This document shows, one piece after another, positions 36,939 through 52,335 of a stretch of DNA of 64,000 nucleotides. Position 1 is the stretch's first letter. Every line of letters begins with the position of its first letter. This DNA comes from Basidiobolus meristosporus CBS 931.73 (lineage: Eukaryota; Fungi; Basidiobolomycota): NCBI GenBank assembly GCA_002104905.1, contig MCFE01000337.1, positions 1 to 64,000 of the forward strand, in the 5' to 3' direction. The notes under the pieces are model-generated. The model was not told where the DNA came from, made no database searches, and worked only from the letters and a program-made list of their open reading frames with translations. The position numbers were made by a program, and so were the translations under genes.

Positions 36939-38161
36939 CTAGAGCCGGGCGCTGCTAAGGGGCTTTTCCGGGTTCTTGTGGTAGATTTCGTCCATAGCGG
37001 CATTCTGCACCTCCCACTGGTCGGATTTCGAGTCGACCAGGTATTCGAGGTCGTCTTTGGTAATGGAGTCCCAGTACTTGTATACCATCATGATTGAAAA
37101 CAGAGTGGCGGCCGAGGCGAAGAAGAGCCCGTCTAAGTAGTGGGTGACTGCCTCGCATATCTCGTGCGAGAAGCCCAAGAGTCCAACTTGCCCTGCGATA
37201 AACGAGATTCCTGCAATCAGGATGTCCCCTACGAGCGAGATCAGCTCACGTGGCCCAATCGACGCAATCGACCCAATCAACCGACTGCTTACCTAATGGC
37301 CATCTATCGTCCAGAGTTTTGACCACCAAGATCACTTGCAAAATAAAGTAGACAGCAATAGCGGCACCATTGAGCACCACCATCACGATCCACAGGCCGA
37401 CTGGGTTGGTCGAGTCCAAGTTGCCCCGGAAAGTCAGGATGGATATGGCGAACACCCCGCCCCATACGAAAACCGAAGAAATCCGGATCGACTAGACAAA
37501 CGCAGTTAGTTACCCAGGGGATTTCAGGTTATGACTGGCTCGCTTACCCAGAGCGACAAAGCAGTTCCATCTTCGGCAAATTGGAAGCCCACGAACCCAT
37601 TTAGTAACAAACACCAGACAGTGGTGGACATGAGGGCCACATGAACCGCTGTAAACCACTGTGACATATACGGGATTAGGGCGAATGAATGGGAACAATT
37701 GCGCTGACGCTTACTGGATACACTCCGGATCCAATGGGTATAATACCGGTAATCAGGAGCATTTCCATCAGTACCGTGGACGCATAAAGATAGAAGAACA
37801 TGACCATCTCCTTTCTCCCTATCAGCCAAAAACATCTCATTAAACTCGAGTGGCTTTGGTTTGGCCTGATATGGGAAACCCACCGACTGCTGTATACTTC
37901 ATTCTGATATTGTAGATCATGATTATTGTCATGATCAACGCCACCGCATAGACCGTAAACGTTCCTTAAACGAATTTAGCTACATCGGCCGTGTGGAAAG
38001 CAACTGAAGTGGCTACCTGGTTGTAGAAGGATGAAGCCCCCAATGTCCACGTTTCTAGAGTAGCAGGTGGGCACTGTTCTACGATCTAGTGGGCCAACTA
38101 GAGGGCACACTGTGAGGGAAATTGTGCGACAGATATTGTCGAAGCGGCCAAGCTCAGCCAT
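36939..38161 (-). CDS. CHS7: Chitin synthase export chaperone, paralog B
   Basis: The same family motifs are present: LGRFDNIC, CYSRN, TAVGRKEM, LLLNGFVGFQFAEDGTALSLW, LDDRWPLGD, HYLDGLFF and YKYWDSITKDDLE. Confidence 0.92.
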
Positions 38162-38853
38162 GATACTATAAAAACAGAAAGTAACTCGACTCCTGCCAAT
38201 TGCTCAAAATCTGAGAACCAACCAGTCTATGTGATTTAACGACGATGTTGCGAAACCCTTGAAGAACCGGCCACTCGAGGCATATAAATGATCGATCGAG
38301 ACACGGGGCTGGTTAAGGAGTAGCAAGTGTTTGTTGCGCAGGGGTCCCTGATTTTCCATTTCTCCTTGAGAAACAACAGCCTGAATGCGTCACTCCCACC
38401 GTCAACTGTACCCCTTTGCGAAGTAGATCGAAGATAGGCGTTGTTGCCTGTGTAGTCCGCCCCACTGTGTGCTTATTTTGAACATGCAAGCAAGCCTGTT
38501 ACCGAGCCTATGCATTTAATATCAGATTGACCTTGCTAATATAGGCTAATTTATCCATCTAAAGCCACTGATTAATCTGGACATTATCCGGTGCTTGGTA
38601 TGGGAAATTTTGCAGAATAGATTCCATATTTACCACCTGAATACAACCATATATATTCAACCATGCTCGTGATTTGATGGTTGATGTGCCACGGAACGCT
38701 CGGATTACCATATCCTGTGATTTGGTCTTGGTAGAAGATTACGAGTCCCACCTTAAGCTAGATGAGTGGTGTGTCATGGAATTCAAGAATAGCATAAATA
38801 GCTTCTGCCACATAGGTTGGTTTCCAATTTTCTGAACCACTGGTGCTATCAAG

Positions 38854-40516
38854 ATGACTTCCTCCTACCGTATTAATTACCAACTCCGGGCACACAAGCG
38901 TGACCCTTTCATCGAGTTTATCAAGGGAATGTTGCTCACTCCCTTCACGCTTCACTCGAAGCCTCGCTACGAAGATACTCAAAGCGTCAGCGAAACGCAC
39001 GATCAGAATCTCAAGAGATACACCGAAATCATGGCGAACATCGAAGTCCTCATCAACGTAGGTCTTCTTCCGTCCAGCCTCAGCGGTTACGGGTTCGCTA
39101 ATCGAGATGTTTCCCATTGCAGGAACACATTGTCAAGCAAAATCAGGGTCTTGCTGATCACTCTCAACTATTCCGATTGATCCCCTCCATCGGTTCATTC
39201 TTCACACCGCTTCCATTGAAGGACGCGTTCTTACAAGCAAATGCCAAGCATTCGATTGCTGCCAGAAGATTTGTGCCACCCAGTTTCAACGATATCAGAA
39301 GGTATGTTTGCTTTGGGCAGATCGCATCTCGTTACCCGATGCTAAAACATTCCCTGACCCCGATAGAATGCTGAACACAGCACAGGCTTCAGCCATCGCC
39401 CCACAACTGAAACTCATCACCTTGTACGTGGTTTAGTCTCGATCATTTCCCACTTTTCTTACTAACTCGACCTTCTTTATCAACAAAGTGATGGAGATAT
39501 GACGCTGTGTAAGTTAAACCTTGGAATTGCTTAAACTCCAGTTCGAACGTATGCTCATTCAACCTAAAAATAGATGACGATGGAAAAGATTTCGCCAAAG
39601 ACAGTGAACTGGTCTTGCTGTTGATCGAGCTATTGAGAAACAATCTATATGTTGCTATTGTTACCGCCGCAGGCTATGGAAATGCTCACATCAAGTACGA
39701 ATCCCGTCTGTCCGGTCTATTGGAGGGCTTCAGACAATCCCAGCTCACTAAAGAGCAATTGTCGCGCTTCTACGTACTCGGTATGTTGTTCATTTGGGAT
39801 TGGTGTGCACGATCTTTGGATAGCCACTAACCAGTCGACTGCCCTTCAGGCGGAGAGTGTAATTACTTGTTCCAATGCACCGAGTACTGTCGCCTTCAGT
39901 ATATCCCCGAGGAGACCTACCAGCCACAGGAAATGAGAGCCTGGCGCCAGGATCACATACAAAGTTTGTTGGACGAGGCATTTAAAAATATCCAACAGTG
40001 CGTTGATGATATGAAGCTGCCAGTGAGTGTGATGCGCAAGCCCAAGGCAGTTGGTAAGTAAATCTTCGTAGCGTACGTTCCGAGCCAGCCGTTCTAAATT
40101 GCACCATAGGGCTATTGCCAAAGCCTGGAGTCAAGATCTTCCGCGAACAACTGGATGAGTGTGTACTGTCGACTCAAGCCAGCATTCTGGAACATCAGCA
40201 CGCCCATAACTACACCTTACCGTTCTGTGTATTCAACGGCGGCAGCGATGTTTGGGTTGATATCGGTAACAAGCTCATCGGTGTTCAAGTCTTGCAGCAT
40301 TTCCTAGGGGCTGCTCCATCGGAGACACTGCATGTTGGTGATCAGTTTTTGTCCACTGGAAACGACTATGCCACCCGGCGAGCCTGCTGTACACTCTGGA
40401 TCGTAAACCCAGAAGAAACCAATCAAATCCTCATTGAGCTTACACAGCTTCTCAACCAGCATCCCAATAGAAGCTCTCCAAAAATAGCCGCCGAAGAGTC
40501 AGTAAATGAGAACTGA
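38854..40516 (+). CDS. ISN1: IMP-specific 5'-nucleotidase, multi-exon
   Basis: Motifs MTSSYRINYQLRAHKRDPFIEFIKG, FFTPLPL..AF, RRFVPPSFNDIR, DGDMTLY (HAD motif on a short exon), IVTAAGY, GGECNYLF, FNGGSDVWVDIGNK and LHVGDQFL..GND. Confidence 0.93.
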
Positions 40517-40859
40517 ATGTTCGATCACTCACACATCTGTCATCCCAATCATAGCCTCCTCTCCATCCGCTCTCCACCCCCTCTCACCGTGTACGTAGGA
40601 AAATAAAACTTGAATGCGAGTCAAACTTTGTGCACCAAACAATCCAATTATTTGGATAAATTTAGGAAGCAAAACAAACCTAAGCCTCCTGAAGTTTGTT
40701 CTCAGCAGAGGTGGTATAATATGAATAAGCAGGCCAATCAATTGGCTTCATCATCCTTGGTGATACCTTGCACACAATTAGTCACGAGCTATATATAACC
40801 GAATATAATTAACCCGCCAGAGTATTATAAGTAGTTGCTGATTTCCAATTCACCGCCCA

Positions 40860-42147
40860 TCACAGTTTACCCCCTCCTTCCCCTACTTCAAGCTGACTTC
40901 GCACGTTTTGCCCAGATACCTTCGCTCTCTCTTGACAAGTATGTAAATTGCTTGCTATGTTTTCTCCTCAAAAAGATTCTGCTGCTGCGACCATCCAAAA
41001 GATCTACCGTGGTTATTGGTTAGTGGTATTTCCTGAATTTTGTCCCAATCACGCTACTTTTTTTACCACGGCGGGTCCCCCCTCAATAGCCCCATCATCT
41101 GAAATACTGATTGCTTTCTATAAAGTCTTCGACGAGAACTTCAAGGTCTTACCCTAACTGCAGCCCGGTGGCATGAGATCCTTGAGTTCATCCGAGCTCA
41201 TATGTTGAGTAATCAACAGCTTCAGAAAGATATATCGAAATCGGAGCGTGCTAGAAGACGTTGGCAGAAAGCGATCTTCTTCAGTGCGCGATTGGGAAGG
41301 GTAGCTGAACATTTTCTTCTGAACCCGGAATGAATGGATCCTAAACTATTGAATTCTACCATAGGGAATCCTGGATGGCGACGCGGATTCTGCCTTACTT
41401 TTGAAAACCGAACACTGGCTAGAGTCGGTGGACATCGAACACCGGTATGGCTCTAACTTACGGGTAAGCATCTCCCTAGTGATCTCTGGGACCGGATCTG
41501 TTGCTCACAAAATTGCTCTCGCTGTTCAGGCGTATCATGACCATTGGAAAGTGAAGGAGGACACCGATCAAAACTTCTTTTATTGGCTTGATTTCGGTAA
41601 AGGAAGAACGTTGGATTTGCCGGAATGTCCACGTAGCAAGCTGGACAGTCAAAAGCTGGTGTACTGCTCGCTAGAGGAGCGAGAAAAGTTTCGCGTTACA
41701 GTGGATCCGGAAACACGCTTATTGGTTTACGCTAACTCCGGCCTTCCGGTTCATACCTTTCCGGAACCCCAGCCAGAATTGGCACCGGACGGTGCCCATG
41801 CCGACTCCATCGGATCGAATGGTGCCGACCAACAGAAAGCGCCCAAGGGCTTCAAATTCATCTACGTCATCTCGCCAGCAGGGAATCTGTACATTCATCG
41901 CAAGATCCGAGGCCGATTTCAGCACTCGAGTTTCCTGGCTGGACAGAGTGTGTGGGGTGCTGGTGGGATCGAGGTGGACCAAGGGAGGCTGCTCAAAGTC
42001 ACCCTCCATAGTGGGCACTATCGGCCCACGGTTAAGCATTTGGATCGATTCATTGAATACCTCAAGGCTCAAGGAGTCGAGTTGGACCACGTTGTGAGGG
42101 AAACCTTTAAAAACAAGGCTATGAAAGGCACCGAGCCTAAAGTGTAG
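40860..42147 (+). CDS. IQ-motif protein of the IQM-like family; start not located
   Basis: IQ motif AAATIQKIYRGY, then EHWLE.VD..HRYG.NL, YHD.W, FFYWLD.G.G, YCSLEERE, IYVISP, FQHSSFLAG, AGGI and HSGHYRP, which are typical of IQM-type proteins. Confidence 0.75.
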
Positions 42148-42287
42148 CCTTCACTTGGCACAATAAATGATTTTCTGGATGTACACATTAGTTACTGGTT
42201 TATTTTAAAGCCTGTCTTCGACCTGGGTATGATGAGGAGGGATGAAATACATATATAGTTTAGGTTGGTTGGTTGGTTCGTGCCCGG

Positions 42288-42718
42288 TTACTGCTTTTGC
42301 TCAGCTTCAGGGGCAGCCTCTACTTTGGTTTGCTCGGTAGCTCCACCGTTACCGTACAGAACTTCGTAGCGCTTACGGTTGGCTTCCTGAACCTGTTGCG
42401 CGCGGTTCTTTCTTTCAAAACCAGTCAAAGCAGCTTCAGAGCCGTTAGCAAATCCAGCGAGGGAAATGGCAATCAGCAACCAAGACTATGGGAATGCGAG
42501 TTAGTACCGGAAAACTGGACCAAAGAACATGTCGACGTAGCTAACCTTTTGTACAGTGGGGAGACGGTTGAAGTAAGGCCAGGTGGCGTTGGCGACAACT
42601 CCGGCAAAAGAGGCGACAGCGGCATACTTTACAGCACCAAAAAAGCCACTGCGATACAGAAAGGTAAGTAAACGCTCAAGGCTGGAGCCTAGCAATCGAC
42701 GGATTCTTACCGGGTCAT
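42288..42718 (-). CDS. Small two-TM protein, tentatively Rcf2 N-terminal/Rcf3-like (mitochondrial)
   Basis: Three-exon model MTR/SGFFGAVKYAAVASFAGVVANATWPYFNRLPTVQK/VLLLIAISLAGFANGSEAALTGFERKNR...*, with canonical introns. The family assignment is from motif resemblance only. Confidence 0.6.
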
Positions 42719-43490
42719 GGCAGAGTCGGTAACCTCCTCACCCTCGGTTCTAGTGACGACACGCATGTTGTGTATATAGAGAGAAGTATAAATGTAACAA
42801 AAATTACGAACGAACACTTCCGCCCTCAACTGAGCATTGTATTTATAGTCAATCCGCCAGCCAGCGCTATTATCAATCCATGTCAGATTACCTAAATTAG
42901 GAGATAAACATGCTATTAGCAATCCATATTCTTTAAATGACTTCTTTTCTCGATTTCGGAGCCGTATTTGTCCCCATCGTCGTGAAGAACCACTGATCCC
43001 GGAGTCTGGACTTGACCGTTGCCTTATTTGTTCCGCATGGTCCTAATTCACCCCTCCGTCTACTTTCGATTATTGGCGACAAGTGGTTTGCTTTTGAATA
43101 AGCTTTACCTTGGGCTCCTGTTGTGGCAAGTCAAGCCCTCCTAATTTGGATGACCGGAAATACCGTTTACCACCCCGAACCTGGTGAATGAGCTGCCCCA
43201 CCGGGATCCCCACTAAACCCCACTCAGATTAGCTTCTCCCTCGATTGGACAAGCTGTCGATCGCTGGAGTGTTTCTGATATATAAATAATAAGCTACGAA
43301 TCCGCGAAATATCGGGAAATTTGCTGTTGTTCGTGGGATTCCCCTAATTCCCATTTTCCCGTAATTTCCTTTGATTGTTCTTGTCGTTGATCAAGTGCTG
43401 GCGATGTCAATACCCTCCTATAAACCGCATTCATTATACTCTGCAACATAGTTATTGCTATCTTCCCCTCCCCCAGATATTTTTGGTGAC

Positions 43491-46400
43491 ATGGATTGGG
43501 AATTCGAATTAAAGGAGCTTCTTGACTTCTCCATATTAAAAGTGCTGGCGCGCACTACAGGCTCCACCCTATGCGAGGCACGGGACACCTGCACACAGGA
43601 AGTCAAATGGTTAAAGGCCTTTTCGTCAAGGCGGAATCTTAAAAGAGACCGGTTTTTTTCAGAGTCAATCATAAGGTCAGGTGGCGACAGTTTGGTTCCC
43701 ACCCTACTTGATACCATCCATACTGAAGATGATGGCGATTTCCTCATCCTTGAGCCGGCAGGGATTCCTTTAGACACATACAAACCAACCAGCCTCGAAG
43801 ATTTCCTGTTAATGGCCATACGATGTTGTGACTGCTTGGAGAAGCTCCACTTGTTGGCGATTGTTCACGGAGGCGTGTGTAGGGAGTGCTTCTTGTGGGA
43901 CGAGACAAAGGAGCAGTTGAGGATTTCGGATTTTTGCCACTCACGAACCAATTCCGTACAAAGCCAACTGCACATTACTTCCACCATGATAGACAGAATC
44001 CAAAGTCGCTCCCCGCATAAAGCTCTGGACTTCACCAGTGACATACTAGATTTAGGTAACTATTCTCTAAGAAAGTATTGCTCCACTGCTAGCTTTAGCC
44101 TTTTGACATTGACATAGGCGAGCCATTCTCTTTGCATAGGTTCGGCATTGTTCAAGTTGCTGGTTAATGAACCCCAAGTCGTGGGCATGGATACCTTTGC
44201 CAAAACGGGTATCCGGGCATTCCTCGATCCACAACGATATCCAGTTGCACTGTCCGACTTGTTTGTCAAGTTACTGGTAAGCAGCAAGCAGCTCTCATGT
44301 TTGGCACGGGATATAAACGAGTGATTGAATTTGTAGTCGCCCACGACAACCTACAAAAGCGTGACCGGCCTGAAAGCCGACCTGGATCGGATCCTCTCTG
44401 CCTGCAAGGATCCCAAGAAAACCAACCAAATCCCCCCTGAGCTGGGCAGATACGATTGCCCAGTTTCCTTGCAGCTCCCTAACAAACTGTATGGGCGCGA
44501 GGCGGAGAGGGCGCAGCTGAATACCATACTCGAAAGGATGAGTCATCAAGTGCACGAAGGAAGCCAGTCCTCGGAGCTGGTGATTATCACCGGAGACCCA
44601 GGGATCGGCAAGACAGCCCTTGTCAACTCAGTACTAAACAAAGCGTGGAGGCAGGGTATCTTCGTGTCGTGTAGATGCAGGCGGCATTTCCCACTCGGAG
44701 CAATCACCCAGTGTTTGCGCAGCACCATCAAGAAGATCATCAAATACTCCGACGAGGATCTACAAAGGCTACGGCTCTCGATCTTATCTCAGATCCCTAA
44801 CAACATGAGACTGCTGCTGGATGACATCCCCGAGTTAAAGCTGGTCGTTGGCGTCCACCACCCGCCAGTGGAGCCTCTACCGCCCGCACAGGCCCATATG
44901 CGCTTCTGTATCACTTATCTCAAGCTTGTTCGCGCAATCACCAATCTGGAGATCAATCTGACCTGCTTTCTGGATAGACTGGAATGTGCTAGTCAGGCGA
45001 CGCTGAGTTTGTTCTCGTTCTTGATGAGGAACAGTTGCGGACGCTTGCTGGTGATTGCCGCGAGAAGAGAGTCCGATAGAGAGAACCAATGGATCCGGGA
45101 GCTGCTCGAGTACGACGTCAAAGTCACCGAGATCCCGCTGAGGCCCTTAAGTACCCAGGATGTTCGAGAGTTTGTTGCTGACACGGTTTCGTTAAACACT
45201 AGCGCGGTAGAATCATTAGTCGCTAGCTGCTCTACCGCCGAAGGGAATCCATTTGCGTTGACACAAATCCTGATCGCTTTGTATCGGGAGAAACGAATTC
45301 AGTTCAACCGTGCAAGCAGCCGATGGAGTTGGCAGTTGGATGCCAACAGCAAAATCGTGGATTTCCTGGACGTTGACCTACTCGTACGCTGTTTGCGCAG
45401 CCTCAGCAAAGGCCTACAGACGTTGCTTGCTCATGCTTCTATCATTGGCTACAGCTTTACAGCCAACCTCTTGCACGCCCTGCTCAAGCCGCCGTATCCG
45501 CTGGAGGAAAATCTTCAGATCGCCCTTCGTGAGGGATTCATCAGATACGCCCCAGAAGAGGAGTGCTATTACTTCTTCCACGATATAGTTCAGGAAGCGT
45601 CCCAGAAGCTGTTGGACGAGGATGCCAAGAGCCAGCTTCACCTAAACATCGGTCAATTGCTGTTAAAAGAGACGGGCACGAATGTGTTCCTGATTGCAGA
45701 GCACTTCACCTATGCCGCGGGGATCATCCGTCGTCTAGAGGATCGTGCAGATTACAAGCGATGCTTGGTGGCTGCGGGTGCGAAGGCCAAGTCTTTGGGT
45801 GCTCTGGAGAACTCTCTCATTTACTACCAGAAGGCCATTACACTGGTGGAGCCGCTTCCTCTTCGTGGCCATGCGGAAACCAACTCTTCCTACGAAGAGG
45901 CGTTTTCCTTGATGCTGGAGTGTGCAGAGATGTCCAGCGCATGCCAAGAATTCACAACGGCCTCCGAGATATTGAACCAGCTACTTCTCAAGGCAAGAAG
46001 CCTGACTCACAAATGTCAAGTGTACATACATATCTATCATATTCAAATGGCAACAAATCAATTCGAAGATGGGGTTCAAACAATCCTGAATTGCCTCCGG
46101 GATTTCGGGTTCGATGTCGCACGGGACCCCAAGGATGCCAAGTTGGGCCCCTTACTGGAGGAGCTCCGATACTCGACACTTCTAGCCGACACCAGTGCAT
46201 TGGAGGATCGCCTTAAATGGTGTGACGACCCTCAGATGTCGACGCTAATGGATTTCTTGGCCCCGGCTCTCTACTCCCCTTACATTTCCTGGCTCCGCCA
46301 CATACACATTGCCATCAGCGCCATCATGGTACGCTTGACGCTGAAACATGGGCTTAGCGCACATTCGTGTGAGGCGTTTGTGTACTTCGGTGCTCACTAC

Positions 46401-49400
46401 GCGCATGTGTTTGAGAGCGGAGAGTTTGCGTATGAGTGCGGCAAGTTTGGAGTTCGGGTGGCCAAAAGGTTTGCCGGTCCCAACATCCAGGCCAAAGTGT
46501 ATTTGGTGTTCGCCACGTTTTTGAACCACATGAAGAACGATCCCCACGACGGCCTGACTTTGCTGAAAGAATCCCAGGAGCTCGCCTCGTCGGCCGGTAA
46601 CTTGAAGATCTCTGCCTTGTCGTCGGGTATGGCAGCAACGAAGCAATTCTTCCTGGGCCTTCCGCTTGGCGAGGTGCTCAAAAACGCCAGGGCTAGCAGC
46701 CTGGAGTTGTTGAAGGTACATCCAGACAATAATCTGACGTATGCCATCACCAGCATCTCCAGACTGGTCTTGGCTCTACAGGGGAAGTGTATCCGAGGCT
46801 CAGCAAATCTAATCTTTGACGACGGCCAGTATTCGGAAGAAAACCTCCTTCGTGTCATAACGAGCGAGGCTAGATTTAACCGGTCCATGGTGTGGCACTC
46901 GCGAGTTCGTATCTTCGCATTCTACTTCTTAGGGTATTACCCAGAAGCCCTACAGGAAGCTCAGAGAAGTGAGGAGATCTCGGACAGTAACGAATCCATT
47001 GACAACTTCAAAAAGTGGGCCGTTAGCTTTCACTCGCTGACTCTGGCGGCGCTGATTCGCAAGGGTCAGCTCAATGATAACCAAGCAAAACAAGCTCTGG
47101 AGACCATACGGCAAAACCAGCTGACAACTCAGAAGTGGATCGTCCACCAGGTGTATGGGCCACATACTACGCTCTTCTTGATTGTGGAAGCGGAGCTATA
47201 TGCCTTGAATGGCGAGCCGATGAAAGCTCTGGATCTTTACGAGCAGGCAGCCCAACAGTCACGCCAGTTGAAGCTTGTCCACTACGAAGCATTATCCTAC
47301 GAGCTATATGCCGAATTTCTTTTGCGTCGAGGTTACATCACCACCGGCATGATGATGTTGGAGCAATCCATCAAGACCTATAGTAAATGGGGAGCATACG
47401 AAAAAGCCCAACTGCTTCAGCGTATGCAAGACAATTGGGTCACTAGTCTGCCTGCACTCTCCAAAACCCCCAGCTCCGCCTCAGTGGCGTGCCAAACAGA
47501 CGAGGCGCTAGAGGAGGATGACTCTTCTCGGTTTGCTACAAACGAGATAGTGGCCACTCCTCCATCGCAACAGCCTTCCCCAGGCGGCAGAACGCTGACC
47601 GATTTCATAGAAACTCTGCAGCATCTCTCATCCGAGCTGGAGTATGAGCCGCTGATCCATCAAATCCTTGAACAGACTCCTCGCTTCGTCTCTATACACT
47701 CGGGCAGTCTGATCCTGTTGGACCAGGGAAAGCTAACTGTATCTGCTAGATGGGAACATGACGAGGGTGCGTTTCTGCTGAGCCCGGCCATCCCACACGA
47801 TGACGTGAGTTTCGTATGCAGCGCTTTGGTAGACAAAGCCCTTGCAAGTAAATCGGTGGAGTTTTTTGACTATGACACAACCAACCCTCTGGAAAACGTA
47901 TCCGCTAAGGTCCGCGAACACATAGACAGGAGGTCGGCTGGCAAGAAGTTCACCGCGGCGGTGTTCCCGCTGATTCACAAGAACACCCTGGTCGGCGCCC
48001 TCTACTTCGAAAACACCGCCCTCCCAGAGCCCGATTTGCAAGAGATTGAGCAGCTATGCAAGCACATTGCGCTATGTCTGGTGAACGCGTCCCTCTTAAG
48101 AACCACGCAGCTCAAGTTGCGAGAAACCGAGCAAGCCAAGAACCACTACCTCACCCTTGTGAATGCACTTCCATGTGTTGTGTGGATTGGCAACCGAGAT
48201 GGCTCCAGTTGGTTTGTCAACGAGAAAGTCGAGGAAATCACCGGGGTTACCTCGAATCAGTTTCTGGGGTGGGGGTGGTCACAGTTCATTCACCCAGACG
48301 ATATTGACTCGATGATGAGCAAGTGGCGATCATGCATCGCCAAGCTGCAAGCCTGCGAGTTGGAATTCCGAATGCTCTCGAGAGATGGTACATATAGGTG
48401 GGTGCTAGGTCGCCATGTCTGTGTCCGCGACACGTACGGAAAATACACATGGTACAGCATGTGGATGGATATCGACATCCACAAGCAAGCGTTGTACCAT
48501 GTCGAGGAAGGCAAAAGACGCTACTCGTTGCTTTTGGAATGCATTCCTTGCCAGGTGTTTACTGCTCAGCCAGATGGGATCATTGACTACGTCAACTCAT
48601 CATGGTGCAAGTACACCGGACAGAATATCCAGCAAGCCACCGCGTCAAACTGGACCAGTTGCATCCACCAGGATGATTTGAAGGCCCACCAGGAGCAGTA
48701 TACTCAATGCCTGCAGAATGGACTGACGTTGGAGTGCGAGTGCAGAATTCGTGGGGCCAGTGGAGCCTATCGCTGGTTCATCATCCGCGCCATGCCTTTG
48801 AAGGACTCTTGCGGTACGCTCATCAAATGGTTTGGCATGTGCACGGACATTGACGAACAGAAGCAGCAGCAACGGCTAAAATCCAACTTCTTGGCGAACA
48901 TGTCCCACGAGCTACGCACCCCATTCTCCGGGGTGATTGGGATGCTCTCCTTGCTTCTGGATACGTCTTTGAACAGCGAGCAACTTGAGTACGTGGAGAT
49001 GTGCAAGCAGTCATGCGATGTGCTGATGCAAGTCGTGGACGACCTTCTGAATTTTTCGAAGCTCGAGGCGGGAAAGGTGGTGCTCGAGCAGCTACCGTTT
49101 CACGTAGAAGATCTTCTGGGAGATGTGTGCGAACTGCTGACCACCCTGGTAAGTAAAAAGAACCTTGAAGTTGCGTTCTATGTGGACCCCCGCATCCCGA
49201 GTACCTTAATTGGAGATGGAAATCGCCTGAGGCAAATCCTGCTCAACCTCCTAGGCAACGCAATCAAATTCACCCCCAAGGGGTATATTGTGGTTCGATG
49301 CCACGTCGCTCAAGAGCCATCCCAGGACGGGGAGCTGGTGGTAAAGATCGAGGTGGAGGATACCGGGATTGGTATGACCATTGAGGAACAGGCCTATCTG

Positions 49401-50498
49401 TTTCAACCATTTTCACAGGTCGACGGCAGCACCACACGGCTGTACGGCGGGACCGGACTGGGGCTATCCATCTGCTCGCAACTGGTCAAGCTGATGCATG
49501 GGCGCATTGGGGTGATCAGTCAGAAGGGGAAGGGCTCGAATTTCTGGTTTACAGCCACGCTTAAGCAAGAATCCGACGCTGTGTCCGTCGAGAACGCACC
49601 TGAAATCCTGCAACTCATCAGTCGGATCCACTCGCTCAAGGAGAGTCCCCGCTTTCTTATCAGCCTGCACCAGTCCATTGCCCCGATGATCACGAATTAT
49701 CTCGGCCCGTTTGATTGTGTCACTTGTGAGAACGCACTGGAGATTTCGGAGGGAATCAACGCTGCCAAGGAGGCGAATCAGCCGTTTGACATTGTGATTT
49801 TGGATGCTGCAATGGACCAGGAGCAGTGGGAAATGCTCGTTGAAGCGAGTCTACTAGATGGGGTCAAGACGTTGGTGCTGACCTACCCATCGTCCGTAAA
49901 GATGGATGAAGAGGCCCCTAGCTTTAAGGGGCTGGAAATCCGCCGCATCACCAAGCCAGTGAGGCGATCCAAGTTTCTCAAGTGTGTGGTCGATTTGTTT
50001 GATGGCAATTCGTCCCCCGATGGTGCGCAAACTTTGTCGACCGCCACATCCAGCACCATGCCCGCCGAACCGAATACGGCGAATGAGCCCAATGGTGAAG
50101 GAACGATGCATGTCTTAGTGGCGGAGGACAACTTCATTGCACAACAGCTTATCACTCGAATGTTACAGAGGATGGGACACGACGTCACCGTGACCAACAA
50201 TGGACTTGAGGTGGTAGACGTCTACAAGAGCCAGCCATACCTGTATGCCTGTATATTCATGGACAAAATGATGCCCCTCTGCGACGGATATGAAGCTACT
50301 CGCAGAATCCGCGCTTTCGAGAGCGAAAGCAGCATAACCCGCAGAATACCCATTGTTGCCTTGACTGCGGATGCCCAGTCCAAAACCAAGAAGGAATGTC
50401 TGGGGGTAGGAATGGATATGTGGCTGACCAAACCCTGTGACAAGAAGAACCTCATGAGAGTGCTGGCCGAGGTGGCAGCCCTTCAACCGGAGTTGTAG
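43491..50498 (+). CDS. Hybrid histidine kinase (fungal group X type): degenerate Ser/Thr kinase, AAA ATPase, helical repeats, GAF, 2 PAS, HisKA, HATPase, receiver
   Basis: P-loop GDPGIGKT, H-box [13 protein letters not shown]-box [31 protein letters not shown] and receiver IFMDKMMP...IVALTA...WLTKP. Two 5' introns (~44,056-44,140 and ~44,277-44,336) link the kinase-like exons to the 2,045-codon ORF. Confidence 0.93.
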
Positions 50499-50736
50499 TG
50501 CCTTACTATAGAGCTGATCAATAGAGCGTTTCTGTACAGACATCAATACCCATATCATATATCCAAGTCATGTAAACTAATGTAAATAAAATCCGTCCAA
50601 ATGAATGATTAATCGAGATCATTCACCAAATCGACCTGCTTGACTCGGAAAAAAAAAAGAAAAAGAAAATTCAGGAGGATCCTCATCAGTGGTAAATGCC
50701 GAATTGTGGTACTCCTGTTGTTCGCCTTCTATAGAC

Positions 50737-52211
<1,475 letters not shown>

Positions 52212-52335
52212 TCAATTCCCTATAGCTCACCTATCTTAGACGCATTCTGATACATTTGTTATATAAAGAAGTCCGGTTGGGTTGAATATATCGGCAACTA
52301 ATACAATATCCTTTATTAAGAGTTATATCCCCCGG

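Noticed and set aside
45563-46216. 217-aa alternative-frame ORF inside the histidine kinase
   Set aside because: It overlaps a well-supported CDS out of frame and shows no domain-like features.
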